From positions 1 through 25,756 of IMG/VR virus record IMGVR_UViG_3300010206_000001: a stretch of DNA of 25,756 nucleotides; one strand, given 5' to 3'. The position numbers were made by a program, and so were the translations under genes. The notes under the pieces are model-generated. The model worked only from the letters and a program-made list of their open reading frames with translations, had not been told where the DNA came from and did no database searches. Positions 1-8,843 of this stretch are shown in pieces. Source of the stretch: a virus. Lineage: Duplodnaviria; Caudoviricetes. Numbering within the stretch: the first letter of the stretch is position 1; each line of letters starts with the position of its first letter.

Positions 1-1141
1 TATGACCTGCCGTGTTAAGATGCGTGCCTGCCGCGTCGCAATAAACATCGTTATTGCCGATCCCCGTTGGAGCGCTGACGGTGCCTGTGCCGGTCATCGG
101 AGAGCCGTCCGCCGCCCGCACGACTGGGATGAATATCACGCCCGGATCGGCAAAGGACGCCACCGCCGCGCCGATGGCGTCCTCGGCGGCAAGCGTGGCC
201 GCATAAGTTTCGCCGTTGTTGCCGGGCCAGCAACCGAAAACGAATAACGGAGCGGTCGGGATCGCGACGCGATACGCCGCGAGCGCCAGCGATACCTCAG
301 TCTGGATCGCCGGGCCGCCAACCCCTCTGTCATTGATGCCGTTGGCCCAAAAATTCACGTCCGCGCCAACCGCCGCCATGTCGGGGCCGAGACGCTGGCG
401 GAGCGTTAGCCCGGCTCCGCCCGACGTGGCGAGATACCCAGTGCCGCCGGAGCCTGACTGCCACATATCTCCGATACCGAGATGGTCAGCCATGACCGAC
501 GCAAATCCATCGCCCGCCCGCGTCGCAGCAGAGCCGGCAGTGTAGCTGTCGCCCAAGATGCAGCCGCGCACCGAGACGCCCTCGGTGCGACAAGCGCCCT
601 CAGTCGGGCCGACGTAGACCCCCCAAAATGCCTGTGCCTGCTCGCCCTCAATAGTGATGCGGCGCACATCGCGGCTGCCAAAATCCAGCGTGATCCAGTT
701 ATCACCGCCGCCGAGATAGCAGACAGTGCCGGCGGTCGAGACGTACTGCCCATCGACGATGAATCGGTACGGGAGCACGCTGCTCAAAATGCGGAACACC
801 GGCTTTTGTGCATCGACCAGTATTTCGACCCGCCAGACAGTGGCATGCTGGGTAGTGCTGACATTGCCACCCGATACAAGCGTAACGCAAGGGAATTGCC
901 AAAAATTTACGCCATAAGACGTTGTTTTTCCGCCAAACACGCGGAAGGCGCTCGGGGTGGAGAGGACCGTGTACCCCTTGGTCATCCCGGCAGGCTGAGA
1001 GGCCGACGTGGTGATAGTCGGCGGCGATGCCATCACACCGGTTTTGCGCGGGTTGGAGATACGGGCGGCAGCGGCTGCGCGGCGCAGCCGCGCCCCGGTG
1101 CTGTCGAACATGTCGCGGGGAGCAATCAGACGTCCCACCAT
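1..1141 (-). CDS. SGNH/GDSL hydrolase family protein, 3' end beyond the window (>=380 aa); not in the supplied ORF track
   Basis: Manual translation from ATG 1141 (TGATG overlap with upstream gene): MVGRLIAPRDMFDSTGARLRR... with ILGDSYTAG (GDS at 545-553), SGSGGTGY, NGIND and CDAAGTHLNTAGH at the edge, matching SGNH blocks I, II, III and V. Confidence 0.88.
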   Translation of the reverse strand, partial: MVGRLIAPRDMFDSTGARLRRAAAAARISNPRKTGVMASPPTITTSASQPAGMTKGYTVLSTPSAFRVFGGKTTSYGVNFWQFPCVTLVSGGNVSTTQHATVWRVEILVDAQKPVFRILSSVLPYRFIVDGQYVSTAGTVCYLGGGDNWITLDFGSRDVRRITIEGEQAQAFWGVYVGPTEGACRTEGVSVRGCILGDSYTAGSAATRAGDGFASVMADHLGIGDMWQSGSGGTGYLATSGGAGLTLRQRLGPDMAAVGADVNFWANGINDRGVGGPAIQTEVSLALAAYRVAIPTAPLFVFGCWPGNNGETYAATLAAEDAIGAAVASFADPGVIFIPVVRAADGSPMTGTGTVSAPTGIGNNDVYCDAAGTHLNTAGH

Positions 1142-1296
1142 CAAACCCTCCCATAGAGATACTGACCGTCTAAGCCCATGAGCGGCTGTCCGTCAGCGCC
1201 GACCAGAAGGCGAGCGCGCCCGCCGTTGATCGTGAGGTATTCCCCCGCGCTCTGATTTAACCCCGTCACCCCCAGCCGTGTCGCTCTCAGCCGCAT
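1141..1296 (-). CDS. Small 51-aa hypothetical phage protein (below the ORF-track cutoff)
   Basis: MRLRATRLGVTGLNQSAGEYLTINGGRARLLVGADGQPLMGLDGQYLYGRV*; fills the gap exactly, with TGATG overlaps at both ends; two G-x-D-G-Q-x-L units. Confidence 0.75.
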   Translation of the reverse strand: MRLRATRLGVTGLNQSAGEYLTINGGRARLLVGADGQPLMGLDGQYLYGRV

Positions 1297-1838
1297 CAGA
1301 CCAGCTCCGTCACATGGATGACCGCCTCCGCCGCCGATGGGCCGTAAATCACGGCGATATGAGGGGTGGCATAACCGGACACGTCGAAATCAAGGCGTTC
1401 CTTCATGTCAATGATTGCAGTCGAGGCAGACGCCGTCTGCTCGCCATCGCCGAGTTTGATGTAGGCGTCCGAATTGCGGGCGAAGATCGTGACCGCTTTG
1501 ATGCCGGGCGTAAGGGCCGTACTGACGCTGGTGTTGGTCGTGGGCAGGGCCTTGGATGCGCCCATGGCGAGGAGCACCTTGACTGGCTGGGCTGCCTGCG
1601 GCGTCACCCCCACTTTCGCCGTAGGCGCACCCTGCCCAGGCAGCGCCCAGAGCGTCTCCGTGGGCGTGATCATCTTGGATTCCAAACCCTCCAGATTGAT
1701 CGCGCCGGACAGCACGCTCGCGTCGGGCCGTGTGGCGGCGTCGATGATCCAGACGCCGCAGGTCGAGAAGCACTCGATGAGGGCCGGCGCAGACCCCAGC
1801 GAGGTCCAGCCGCTCACCGTGACGGTGAAGGATGCCAT
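1296..1838 (-). CDS. Hypothetical phage protein, 180 aa, beta-strand-rich composition
   Basis: GGAG Shine-Dalgarno upstream of ATG, co-oriented with the operon, coupled to the next gene. Confidence 0.8.
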   Translation of the reverse strand: MASFTVTVSGWTSLGSAPALIECFSTCGVWIIDAATRPDASVLSGAINLEGLESKMITPTETLWALPGQGAPTAKVGVTPQAAQPVKVLLAMGASKALPTTNTSVSTALTPGIKAVTIFARNSDAYIKLGDGEQTASASTAIIDMKERLDFDVSGYATPHIAVIYGPSAAEAVIHVTELV

Positions 1839-1862
1839 TTCAGATGCTCCAGATTTTGGGGA

Positions 1863-2909
1863 TTACTTCGCAGCCTTGCGGCTATCCGACCCAGCGCCGC
1901 CGCTCGGCTGCTCCAGCGTCAATTCGGTGTCATAGCCGCCGCCGCGCGAAACGGTGTGCGAGGCGTCCGTGATCCTGTAGGCGCCGTCGATGCCTGCCCG
2001 AATGCCCGACACGTCGCAGGGCGCCTGCGCCCGCGCAGCGGGGTCGCCGATGATCCGCACCGTTCCGCCGCCCTTCTTGCGATCCGCCTCGTCTTTGTTG
2101 CTCTTGCCGAGCTGCTTGGCGTGATCCTTGTCGGCCGCCTTGAACCGATGCGTCAGAGCAGCCTTGGCGTCGCCGTCGCCCGCCGACACCTTCTCCGTCA
2201 TCCATCGGGCCTTCTTCGGGTCGTACCACCGGACCTTGAAGCTCTCGTAAGCCATCCGATCAAAATTCGGCGTCAGATCCCACGAGATGATGTTGCCCGG
2301 CCGCGTCGCCTTGACCGCCGCCAGCGCCGCGCCGCTGGCGGCATTCGACCCGCCACGCGGCACGAAGACAGCGTTGCTCCCCGACACTTTGAACGTCGCG
2401 CCCAGCTCGCGCGCGATCCGCGCGCCCCAGGCGTGGAAACTTTCGTTCGCCAGCTCCCAATAATCGCGCTCGACCGACCCCAGCGAGGAATCGACTTTTA
2501 CGGAATAGCCGGCCTTCTGGCCCCATTCCTTGGCCACCTCGCCGAATTTGGCCTTGTCTTTGTGCCGCGATTGCGGCTCCTTGCCTTTGCCCTTCGGATC
2601 GGCCGATTTGGCGTTGATCGAGAGCGTCATGCCTTCGCCGCGCGCGCCGCGCGAATGCGGCTCGTCGGTCTTGCCCTCGAAGGTGACGCAGCCGCCGCCT
2701 TTCCACCCGATTTCGGCGTATATGCTGGCGCCGGTGCGCGGCAGGATGATTTGACCGCCCTCGTCGTCGAGTTCGATGTCGAGGCTGTCCGATTTGCCGC
2801 CCTCGCTGTCCCTGATCGTCATCGAGATCAGCAGCGGCGCGAACGCCGACGTCACCGGCTTCCCATCGATCGCGATCAGGTAATAGGCGCCGCCAGAGAC
2901 GTCAGTCAT
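1863..2909 (-). CDS. Phage late control D family protein (P2 gpD-like baseplate hub)
   Basis: SMTIRDSEGGKSDSLDIELDD, NESF...RIARELGATFKV and GIRAGIDGAYRITDASHT motifs; follows U and X. Confidence 0.9.
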   Translation of the reverse strand: MTDVSGGAYYLIAIDGKPVTSAFAPLLISMTIRDSEGGKSDSLDIELDDEGGQIILPRTGASIYAEIGWKGGGCVTFEGKTDEPHSRGARGEGMTLSINAKSADPKGKGKEPQSRHKDKAKFGEVAKEWGQKAGYSVKVDSSLGSVERDYWELANESFHAWGARIARELGATFKVSGSNAVFVPRGGSNAASGAALAAVKATRPGNIISWDLTPNFDRMAYESFKVRWYDPKKARWMTEKVSAGDGDAKAALTHRFKAADKDHAKQLGKSNKDEADRKKGGGTVRIIGDPAARAQAPCDVSGIRAGIDGAYRITDASHTVSRGGGYDTELTLEQPSGGAGSDSRKAAK

Positions 2910-3123
2910 AGAGCGAAACCGTCGGCCTGGCGGGCGTCGGCGCGGCCTGGGGGATCGTCACGACGATCTTGGTCCCCATCGGCGGCAGAACGCCAAGATC
3001 GGCCAGCCCCTGGTTGGCCGACAAGGTCTGTTCGACCAGGCCGGCGACCTCGCGTCCATAGCGCCGCCAGAGCAGCAGATCGAGCGGCGTCGAGCCGTTA
3101 AATGTGAGCGTTTCCGTGGCCAT
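2902..3123 (-). CDS. Phage tail protein X (P2 gpX-like)
   Basis: LDLLLWRRYG...VEQTLSANQGLADLGVLPPMGTKIVV...VSLYD; size and position typical. Confidence 0.9.
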   Translation of the reverse strand: MATETLTFNGSTPLDLLLWRRYGREVAGLVEQTLSANQGLADLGVLPPMGTKIVVTIPQAAPTPARPTVSLYD

Positions 3124-3126
3124 GCG

Positions 3127-3552
3127 TCACCCAAACAACGACATGAGCGTCGACAAGATCGAGGCGGCGTTGGCGGCGGCAGGCGACCGCACCAAAGTGA
3201 TGGACACCTCGATTTGCCGGCCGATGCCCCTGGCGTTCAAAAAACTTTCTTTTTCCGTCACCTTTTCGATCAGGAACCATCCGCGATTGAGCCCGTCGCC
3301 GCGCACGAGGATCTGCGGCTGTCCGCTGGCGCGCATGGCGTCGAGCGCCGACAATTCGGACAGGCCTCCGAAGCGGTGCGGGAACAGGCGACATTCGAAG
3401 GTGATCTTTTCGTCCGCCTCGCCGACCGGCTCGCGCGGCTTCATGGCGCCGACGATTTCTTTGGCCGCGAAGTCGTGGCCGGTTTCGCGCGACACCTCGT
3501 GCGCGTTGAACGGGGTCACGTCCAACGTGAGCGATCCGAGCTGGTACAGCAT
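3127..3552 (-). CDS. Phage tail protein (P2 gpU-like)
   Basis: MLYQLG..., FPHRFGG, LVRGDG...GWFLIEKVTE; directly after tape measure with TGATG overlap. Confidence 0.9.
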   Translation of the reverse strand: MLYQLGSLTLDVTPFNAHEVSRETGHDFAAKEIVGAMKPREPVGEADEKITFECRLFPHRFGGLSELSALDAMRASGQPQILVRGDGLNRGWFLIEKVTEKESFLNARGIGRQIEVSITLVRSPAAANAASILSTLMSLFG

Positions 3553-6035
3553 CACTCACCCTGAGGCCCAGTGTGGAACGAATTACGGTGGATGGCGCCA
3601 AATCCCGAAGGCTGCGCATGAACAGGGATGTTCACCGGGGTCGCGAGCTTCGCCTTCAGCGCCTCGATCTGGTTCAATTGCGCAATCGTCGTCGCCAGAT
3701 TAGCAACGCCGAGACTGATCGTCGTTGGCTCGCTAAGTTTTTGTTTGACCTGATCTATCTCCTGTAATTTTGTTTTGGCCGCATCCGCCTCACCTGCCTT
3801 GAGCCCCCACCCCGCGGGCTGCGAGGGGAACCACTCCGGCGCGGCAGCCTTGGGAGACGTCGGAACCCACGTCTGCCCTTGGACTCCGCGACCGATGCCC
3901 TGCCGCCAATATCCAGCATCGGCGGCAAATCCGCTGAGCGAGTGGGCGTCGCCATCGTGGATCCCCTCACCGGAAATGCCACGGAATGGATCTGCGTAAA
4001 TCCGCCCTGGACCTCGCCCACTCGCTGGGGCGCGCCGCGGCCCAATCTGATCAATCCCGTAAATGATGGCGGCGCCTGCGCCAATGCCAAGCCCTATGAG
4101 CCCAAGTCGCGCCAACCCTCCCAATTTACTGGCGGAGCCAGCGGCGCCAGCCGCTCCTGCCGCTCCACTGGCGACGCCGCCAGCCCCCAACTTGCCCGCA
4201 GCAAGGTTAAGCGCGCCGGCCGCCGCCGAGAGCTCTCCCGCCGCCGTCGACAACCCGAAGCCGGTCTTCAATCCTTCAAATGCGCCATACATCAGGGCGG
4301 CGCCGCCGGCGCCCATGCCAGCGATGGCGGCGCCAGAACCAATCTTCGCCAGCTCCGGATTATTTTTTTGCCATTCAGCGACCGCCTGCGAAAAACTGGC
4401 AATTCCTCGAGCCATACTGTCCAGCGTACCGCTAACAGATGCAATCGCCGGGTCACCCATCACGGTGGCGAATGTCTGCAGCGATTCCGTCAATTCTTTC
4501 CAAGTCGCGACCGGGTTTTGCGCGATGCGATCACCGGCGCCCAGGCCAGACGCCTGGTTCATTGCCTGCGTGTCGCGCTCAAGCAAATGCTCGTTGCCGA
4601 TCAAGTGCGCAAGATTATCGATCACCGTCGATCGGAAACCGGACTTGGCAAGGTGCGCGGAAATCAGGCCTTCGGTGGCGCGGTGTCGCAGATAATTCTC
4701 ATCGATCTGCGCGTTAGGGTTCGCCTTCAACTCTTGGTCGCGCAGCATTTTCATGCGTGCGGCGACCTTGTCTTCGCTGAGAACCCCCTTTTTCTCAATC
4801 GCGTTTTTCAGGACGGTCCTGGCCCAAGTCCCCTGCTGCGTTTCCAACAGGTCTGAGCCTTTGAAACCATTTTTGAACCGGACGGCGCCGCCGCCCATGT
4901 TTTCCATGTCCTCGGGTTTCGCAATTCCCAGCTCCACCAGCCATTTGCCCGCCGATTTCTTCATGCTGCCTTTTAGGCTCGCGAGCGTCTGATTCACCTC
5001 GTTGCCGAGCCGCGACGCATTGCCCTCCGACATGCGCACCAAGTTTTCTCGGAAGAACTGTTCGTCGCCGACGCTGAAATTCGCCGCCTTGGCATTGGCG
5101 GTGTAGTCGCGCACCATCTGCGATGCGATGGCCGAACCGAAGACTTGCTTGGCGCGTAAATAGGCGTCCGTGATTTTCTCGACCGCCTTGGGATCGTCGG
5201 CTCGGCCCGACCCCTCAACGCCTTTCAGCAGGTTTTGCATGTCGGTCGGGGTCAGGTCGTAGCCGAGCGCCAAAGCCGCATTTTGCGCGCGCGACGCAGC
5301 CAGGACGTTCCGGCGCGCGATCGTCTGATCGACATGGCCGTGATGATCAACCGAATTGGCGCGCGTTTCGATATAGGTGTCGAGCGCCTTGTCCAGCCCG
5401 ATGCCGGGATATTTCGCCGCAACCTCTGCCGCCAGCTTGTCGGCAAAACCCGCTTCATTTGGGTCGCTGCGCGAGAGTTCCCGAATGCGGAAGCGAAGCT
5501 GCTCAACCTCCGCCGCCTTATGAACCATCGTGTGGGCAGCTTTCTCAGCGCCCGCGCCGGCGACAAAATTAGCCCCCGTTGCGCCGGCGAGCGTTGAGAC
5601 AGCCCCTCTCAACCGCCCCTTACCAGCGACCGCCGCGGGCGCAAGAGGCATGATCTGTTTCTTCGCCGCTTGCGCGATGCTGCGATTGTAAGCCGCTTGC
5701 TCGCTCTTGACCTTGCGCAGCGCCGCAACGGTCTGGCTTTCCCAAGCCCTGACCTGCGCAGCTTGCGTTTTAGTCCAGTTTGCCGAACCCGCCGCGAGCC
5801 CCGCCGATTTAGCATACTCCTGCCAAGCTTTCGCGACCTGCTCGATATCCTTTTTTGATAGGCTGAGCTTGGAAAGGCTTTTCTGCAAGCGATCGGACGC
5901 GCCCGTGTTCGCCATCCCCTTGGCGACATCTTTCGCCGCGCGCTCAGCCTCCTTTAAGCTTTGTGCGACTGACCGCGCAGGCTTAGACACATCGTCGACG
6001 AGAGCGACGGTGAGCGTCGATTTCAAATTCGCCAT
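3552..6035 (-). CDS. Tail tape measure protein (827 aa)
   Basis: N-terminus MANLKSTLTVALVDDVSKPAR, long Ala/Gly-rich helical composition, hydrophobic segments in the C-terminal third, position between chaperone and gpU. Confidence 0.88.
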   Translation of the reverse strand: MANLKSTLTVALVDDVSKPARSVAQSLKEAERAAKDVAKGMANTGASDRLQKSLSKLSLSKKDIEQVAKAWQEYAKSAGLAAGSANWTKTQAAQVRAWESQTVAALRKVKSEQAAYNRSIAQAAKKQIMPLAPAAVAGKGRLRGAVSTLAGATGANFVAGAGAEKAAHTMVHKAAEVEQLRFRIRELSRSDPNEAGFADKLAAEVAAKYPGIGLDKALDTYIETRANSVDHHGHVDQTIARRNVLAASRAQNAALALGYDLTPTDMQNLLKGVEGSGRADDPKAVEKITDAYLRAKQVFGSAIASQMVRDYTANAKAANFSVGDEQFFRENLVRMSEGNASRLGNEVNQTLASLKGSMKKSAGKWLVELGIAKPEDMENMGGGAVRFKNGFKGSDLLETQQGTWARTVLKNAIEKKGVLSEDKVAARMKMLRDQELKANPNAQIDENYLRHRATEGLISAHLAKSGFRSTVIDNLAHLIGNEHLLERDTQAMNQASGLGAGDRIAQNPVATWKELTESLQTFATVMGDPAIASVSGTLDSMARGIASFSQAVAEWQKNNPELAKIGSGAAIAGMGAGGAALMYGAFEGLKTGFGLSTAAGELSAAAGALNLAAGKLGAGGVASGAAGAAGAAGSASKLGGLARLGLIGLGIGAGAAIIYGIDQIGPRRAPASGRGPGRIYADPFRGISGEGIHDGDAHSLSGFAADAGYWRQGIGRGVQGQTWVPTSPKAAAPEWFPSQPAGWGLKAGEADAAKTKLQEIDQVKQKLSEPTTISLGVANLATTIAQLNQIEALKAKLATPVNIPVHAQPSGFGAIHRNSFHTGPQGE

Positions 6036-6229
6036 CAGTCAGAGCCCTCAAGCCGTCGCGCCTCGAAAACCTCGAGGCAGAACTCGCGCCAATCCATGGC
6101 CATAATTTCAGCCATGGACCAGCCAATCACACGCTTGACGAACGCGCGGTACATTCGCCAGCCAAATGGACTCAGACGCTGCTGCTCTCTTCCGCCTCCG
6201 GTTTTCCCCGGAAGCGCCGGGGCAAAAAA
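6035..6229 (-). CDS. P2 gpE'-like C-terminal extension of the tail assembly chaperone (-1 frame)
   Basis: -1 frame open from the slippery sites to TGA at 6035-6037: ...LSPFGWRMYRAFVKRVIGWSMAEIMAMDWREFCLEVFEARRLEGSD*; stop overlaps the tape measure ATG. Confidence 0.8.
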   Translation of the reverse strand, partial: FFAPALPGKTGGGREQQRLSPFGWRMYRAFVKRVIGWSMAEIMAMDWREFCLEVFEARRLEGSD

Positions 6230-6531
6230 TCGAGCAACACTTTCTGAAGCGACATATTGTCGTCATCGTCCAGCGCATCCAACACAACATCAGGAACGGC
6301 CACGCCATCACCGTCGATAAAGATCGGCCACCGCAAGCGGCCATCCTCCGTCGCCTCCAATTTTTCCATGAACTCAGCCACTTCGCGCGTGGTCAGGCGT
6401 TTGATGGTGATGGCGCCATAGACCTTTCCGCCATACTCGACCGGCCATTCGAGCGGGACAGTCGCGATGCGCGGCTTGCCGCCAACGTAGTTCGGGGCTT
6501 GTTTTTCTTCCGACGCAGCGTTTGTATTCAT
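6172..6531 (-). CDS. Tail assembly chaperone (P2 gpE-like)
   Basis: VPLEWPVEYGGKVYGAITIKRLT...LDALDDDD...DFLPRRF; sits between tube and tape measure; ATG 6531 chosen as the start. Confidence 0.85.
   Translation of the reverse strand: MNTNAASEEKQAPNYVGGKPRIATVPLEWPVEYGGKVYGAITIKRLTTREVAEFMEKLEATEDGRLRWPIFIDGDGVAVPDVVLDALDDDDNMSLQKVLLDFLPRRFRGKPEAEESSSV
6202..6229 (-). promoter_or_regulatory. Two candidate -1 ribosomal frameshift heptamers: T TTT TTG (6223-6229) and G GGA AAA (6202-6208)
   Basis: Both are X XXY YYZ in the chaperone frame and both lead into the open E' frame. Confidence 0.75.
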
Positions 6532-6557
6532 GTGTTTCCACCAATGGGGGCTTGAGG

Positions 6558-6761
6558 ATGACAATCGTTTTCATTGGCGCAGCGATCGGCGCTGCATTTT
6601 TCGTTCTGCGCTGGGCGCTGTCCGCCATTGTGCCTGAGCACAACTTGCGACAAGCCGACCGCGCAATCAGCAAATCCGGGAAAACAATTGCCCTGATTTG
6701 GCTTGTTGGGATGGTTATGTTCTTCCTCTACATCGTCTTTATCTATACGCCGTCGCGTTAA
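6558..6761 (+). CDS. Small two-transmembrane-helix protein, antisense moron (67 aa)
   Basis: MTIVFIGAAIGAAFFVLRWALSAIV...TIALIWLVGMVMFFLYIVFIYTPSR*; fills the tube-chaperone gap; AT-richer than flanks; stop overlaps the tube stop (TTAA 6758-6761). Confidence 0.7.
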   Translation: MTIVFIGAAIGAAFFVLRWALSAIVPEHNLRQADRAISKSGKTIALIWLVGMVMFFLYIVFIYTPSR

Positions 6762-7288
6762 GAGATCCTCAGAATAGAATTCGCGTCCGCGTTTTGGTCC
6801 TTGCCGTTCACGCGCCAGACCGACGAGAAGAAGTCGAAGAAATAAATCTCCGATCCGTCCTCGTAATATTCGTAGTGCGTGATCTCCTTGATCTCGTGGT
6901 CCTGCTCCGTGAGATTGCCGGACTGGAATTCGCTCGGGTCGAGCTTGGTCATCCGGCCCCAGGCGATCGCCTTGATCTCGATCGCGCGATTCCCGGCCTT
7001 GTCGCGAGCGAGGCCGTACATCGTGTAGGGAACCTGATTGCGCGCGCCGATGCCGAACAGGGACATGGTCTGCGGGTCCGACCCGATCAGCTTGAAGGTG
7101 ATGTTCAGCGCATTGATGCCGAGGCCGCCGATTTCGATCTCGCCGATGCTGCCGCCGGCATGATGCTGCGCGGTTTTTTCCTCCAAGCTCGGGAGCTTGA
7201 GGGATTGCAACGACAGATGCTTCGACCGATCGGTCCCCGTGTCGCCCGGAAAAATATTGGCCCTTTCGAGCACGCGAATGGTGGCCAT
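6758..7288 (-). CDS. Major tail tube protein (P2 FII-like)
   Basis: LKLPSLEEK...HHAGG...YEYYEDGSEIYFFDFF...VNGKDQ; AGGAG SD; follows sheath. Confidence 0.92.
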   Translation of the reverse strand: MATIRVLERANIFPGDTGTDRSKHLSLQSLKLPSLEEKTAQHHAGGSIGEIEIGGLGINALNITFKLIGSDPQTMSLFGIGARNQVPYTMYGLARDKAGNRAIEIKAIAWGRMTKLDPSEFQSGNLTEQDHEIKEITHYEYYEDGSEIYFFDFFSSVWRVNGKDQNADANSILRIS

Positions 7289-7321
7289 GGTGCAAGCTCC
7301 TGAAAATGCGAGGGAACGGCG

Positions 7322-8797
7322 TTAAACGCCCAGATATTGCGGCAGGTAGGTCGCGGCCTGCGACACCAGCGTCGCCAGCTCGACTTCCAAGGCCTCGTAA
7401 TAGGGGCGGCTGTCGATGGTCACTTGGGTGATCGGCGCCGGCTCTTCCTGCGCGTAACTGACCGTGAATTTGCCCTGGCGCAGATTGTCGGCGCTGTTGC
7501 GCGCCCGCTCGAACCCCACCTTGAACCCGAGCACGGCCTTCTGCCTGATCAGCTCGGAGCCGATGGCCTTCATGTCGTTGAGCACATCCTCGACGCCCTG
7601 CGGCGTGACATTCTCGACGCCGAGGCGCAGGCGGATGGATTTCAGCAGCGCCAGCCAGGTCCAGTCGCGGCCGCGGGTCTTGTTGTAGAACCAGGCCAGC
7701 GGATCGTCGCTCGCGTTCCAGACGCCGGCGAAGACGAAACCGCTCTCGGAAATCGCGGTTTCGACGCCCGCCTCGCCGCGCTCGGTCACGCCGATATGAG
7801 CGGCGAGCAGCTCCTGCCCTTGGGTGGCGCCGTCGACCAGCGAGAACGTATAGACATTCTTGAGCCCGAGGATGCCCTGCACCGGCTGTCCCGACACGGA
7901 CCAGAACGGCATCCCGGAATGCTTGAAATCGACGCGGGCGAACAGGCCGAGCACCGAGGCGGCGCCGTCGCGATAGGCGGCCGATTCCCCGGCCTGCACG
8001 ATCTCCCAATTGTCGACGGGGATCAGGCGCTTGTCGGACAAAACCTCGCGCCAGGCCTGCGCATCGGCCATTGTCGTGCCGGGCGACCCGACCACGGCAT
8101 GGGCCAGCAGCGCGTTGAGAATGGACGGCAGCGCCGCGCAGACCGGGTCTTGCAACAGCCCGACGGTCACGGTCGCGGTCGCGCCGGTCCCGTCGCCGGA
8201 AATCGTGGCCGTGACATTCGCGCCGGCGGCATAGCTTCCCGGGTTGGTCAGCGTGACCCCGGTGACCTTGCCCGCGGAGAGCGTCACCGTGCCCGTGGCG
8301 CCGGCCGGCGAGAACGACACGGTCGCGGCGGTGTAGCCGGAGCCGGCGGTGGTGGCGACGGACTGGACGCCATATTTCATCTGCCCGGTATAGCCGGGCG
8401 CGCCGATCAGGCGCGGGACGACGCCCAACGTCGGCCCGGCTTTCAGCAGCGCGTACAGGCCGGTTCCCTGCGCGCGATCGCCGACGATGTTGACCGCCGT
8501 CTCCGCCAGACTGGCGCCCTTGGCCACGCGCACGGCGACGATTCGCGCCGAGGTTTGCAGATCGGCCATCTGGCTGTCGATCGCGAGCACGGCCTGATAC
8601 AGATCGCCGGTCCCGATCTTGGAAAGATACGATGCGTCCGACGAGTCGAACACAACCGGCGTGTCGAGCGGGAAATGCCCGGCGTCCGCGTCTTCCGACG
8701 GCAGCACGAGGCCGATGACCGAAAGGTCCGAAGCCTGTGCGGGCCTCGGGTCGGTGTTGTCGGCGTTGAAAATAATGCCATAGGCCGGCATGGTCAT
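7322..8797 (-). CDS. Contractile tail sheath protein (P2 FI-like)
   Basis: SVIGLV...FPLDTPV, TGLYALL, GVVPRLIGAPGYT, FWSVSGQ, NSADNLRQGK motifs; GGAG 9 nt upstream of ATG 8797. Confidence 0.93.
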   Translation of the reverse strand: MTMPAYGIIFNADNTDPRPAQASDLSVIGLVLPSEDADAGHFPLDTPVVFDSSDASYLSKIGTGDLYQAVLAIDSQMADLQTSARIVAVRVAKGASLAETAVNIVGDRAQGTGLYALLKAGPTLGVVPRLIGAPGYTGQMKYGVQSVATTAGSGYTAATVSFSPAGATGTVTLSAGKVTGVTLTNPGSYAAGANVTATISGDGTGATATVTVGLLQDPVCAALPSILNALLAHAVVGSPGTTMADAQAWREVLSDKRLIPVDNWEIVQAGESAAYRDGAASVLGLFARVDFKHSGMPFWSVSGQPVQGILGLKNVYTFSLVDGATQGQELLAAHIGVTERGEAGVETAISESGFVFAGVWNASDDPLAWFYNKTRGRDWTWLALLKSIRLRLGVENVTPQGVEDVLNDMKAIGSELIRQKAVLGFKVGFERARNSADNLRQGKFTVSYAQEEPAPITQVTIDSRPYYEALEVELATLVSQAATYLPQYLGV

Positions 8798-8815
8798 GTG
8801 CTTGCGCTCCATAGT

Positions 8816-8840
8816 GAGGCGCGCCCGAAAGCCGCGCTTC
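8816..8840. promoter_or_regulatory. Imperfect GC-rich stem-loop upstream of the sheath gene
   Basis: GAGGCGCG-CCCGAAAGC-CGCGCTTC; no U-tract follows, so not called a terminator. Confidence 0.4.
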
Positions 8841-8843
8841 GAG

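Noticed and set aside
482-1156. 224-aa plus-strand ORF
   Set aside because: Antisense shadow of the minus-strand SGNH gene, which has clear motifs.
1278-3101. 607-aa plus-strand ORF
   Set aside because: Lies antisense to several recognisable tail genes; Arg-rich shadow typical of high-GC codon bias.
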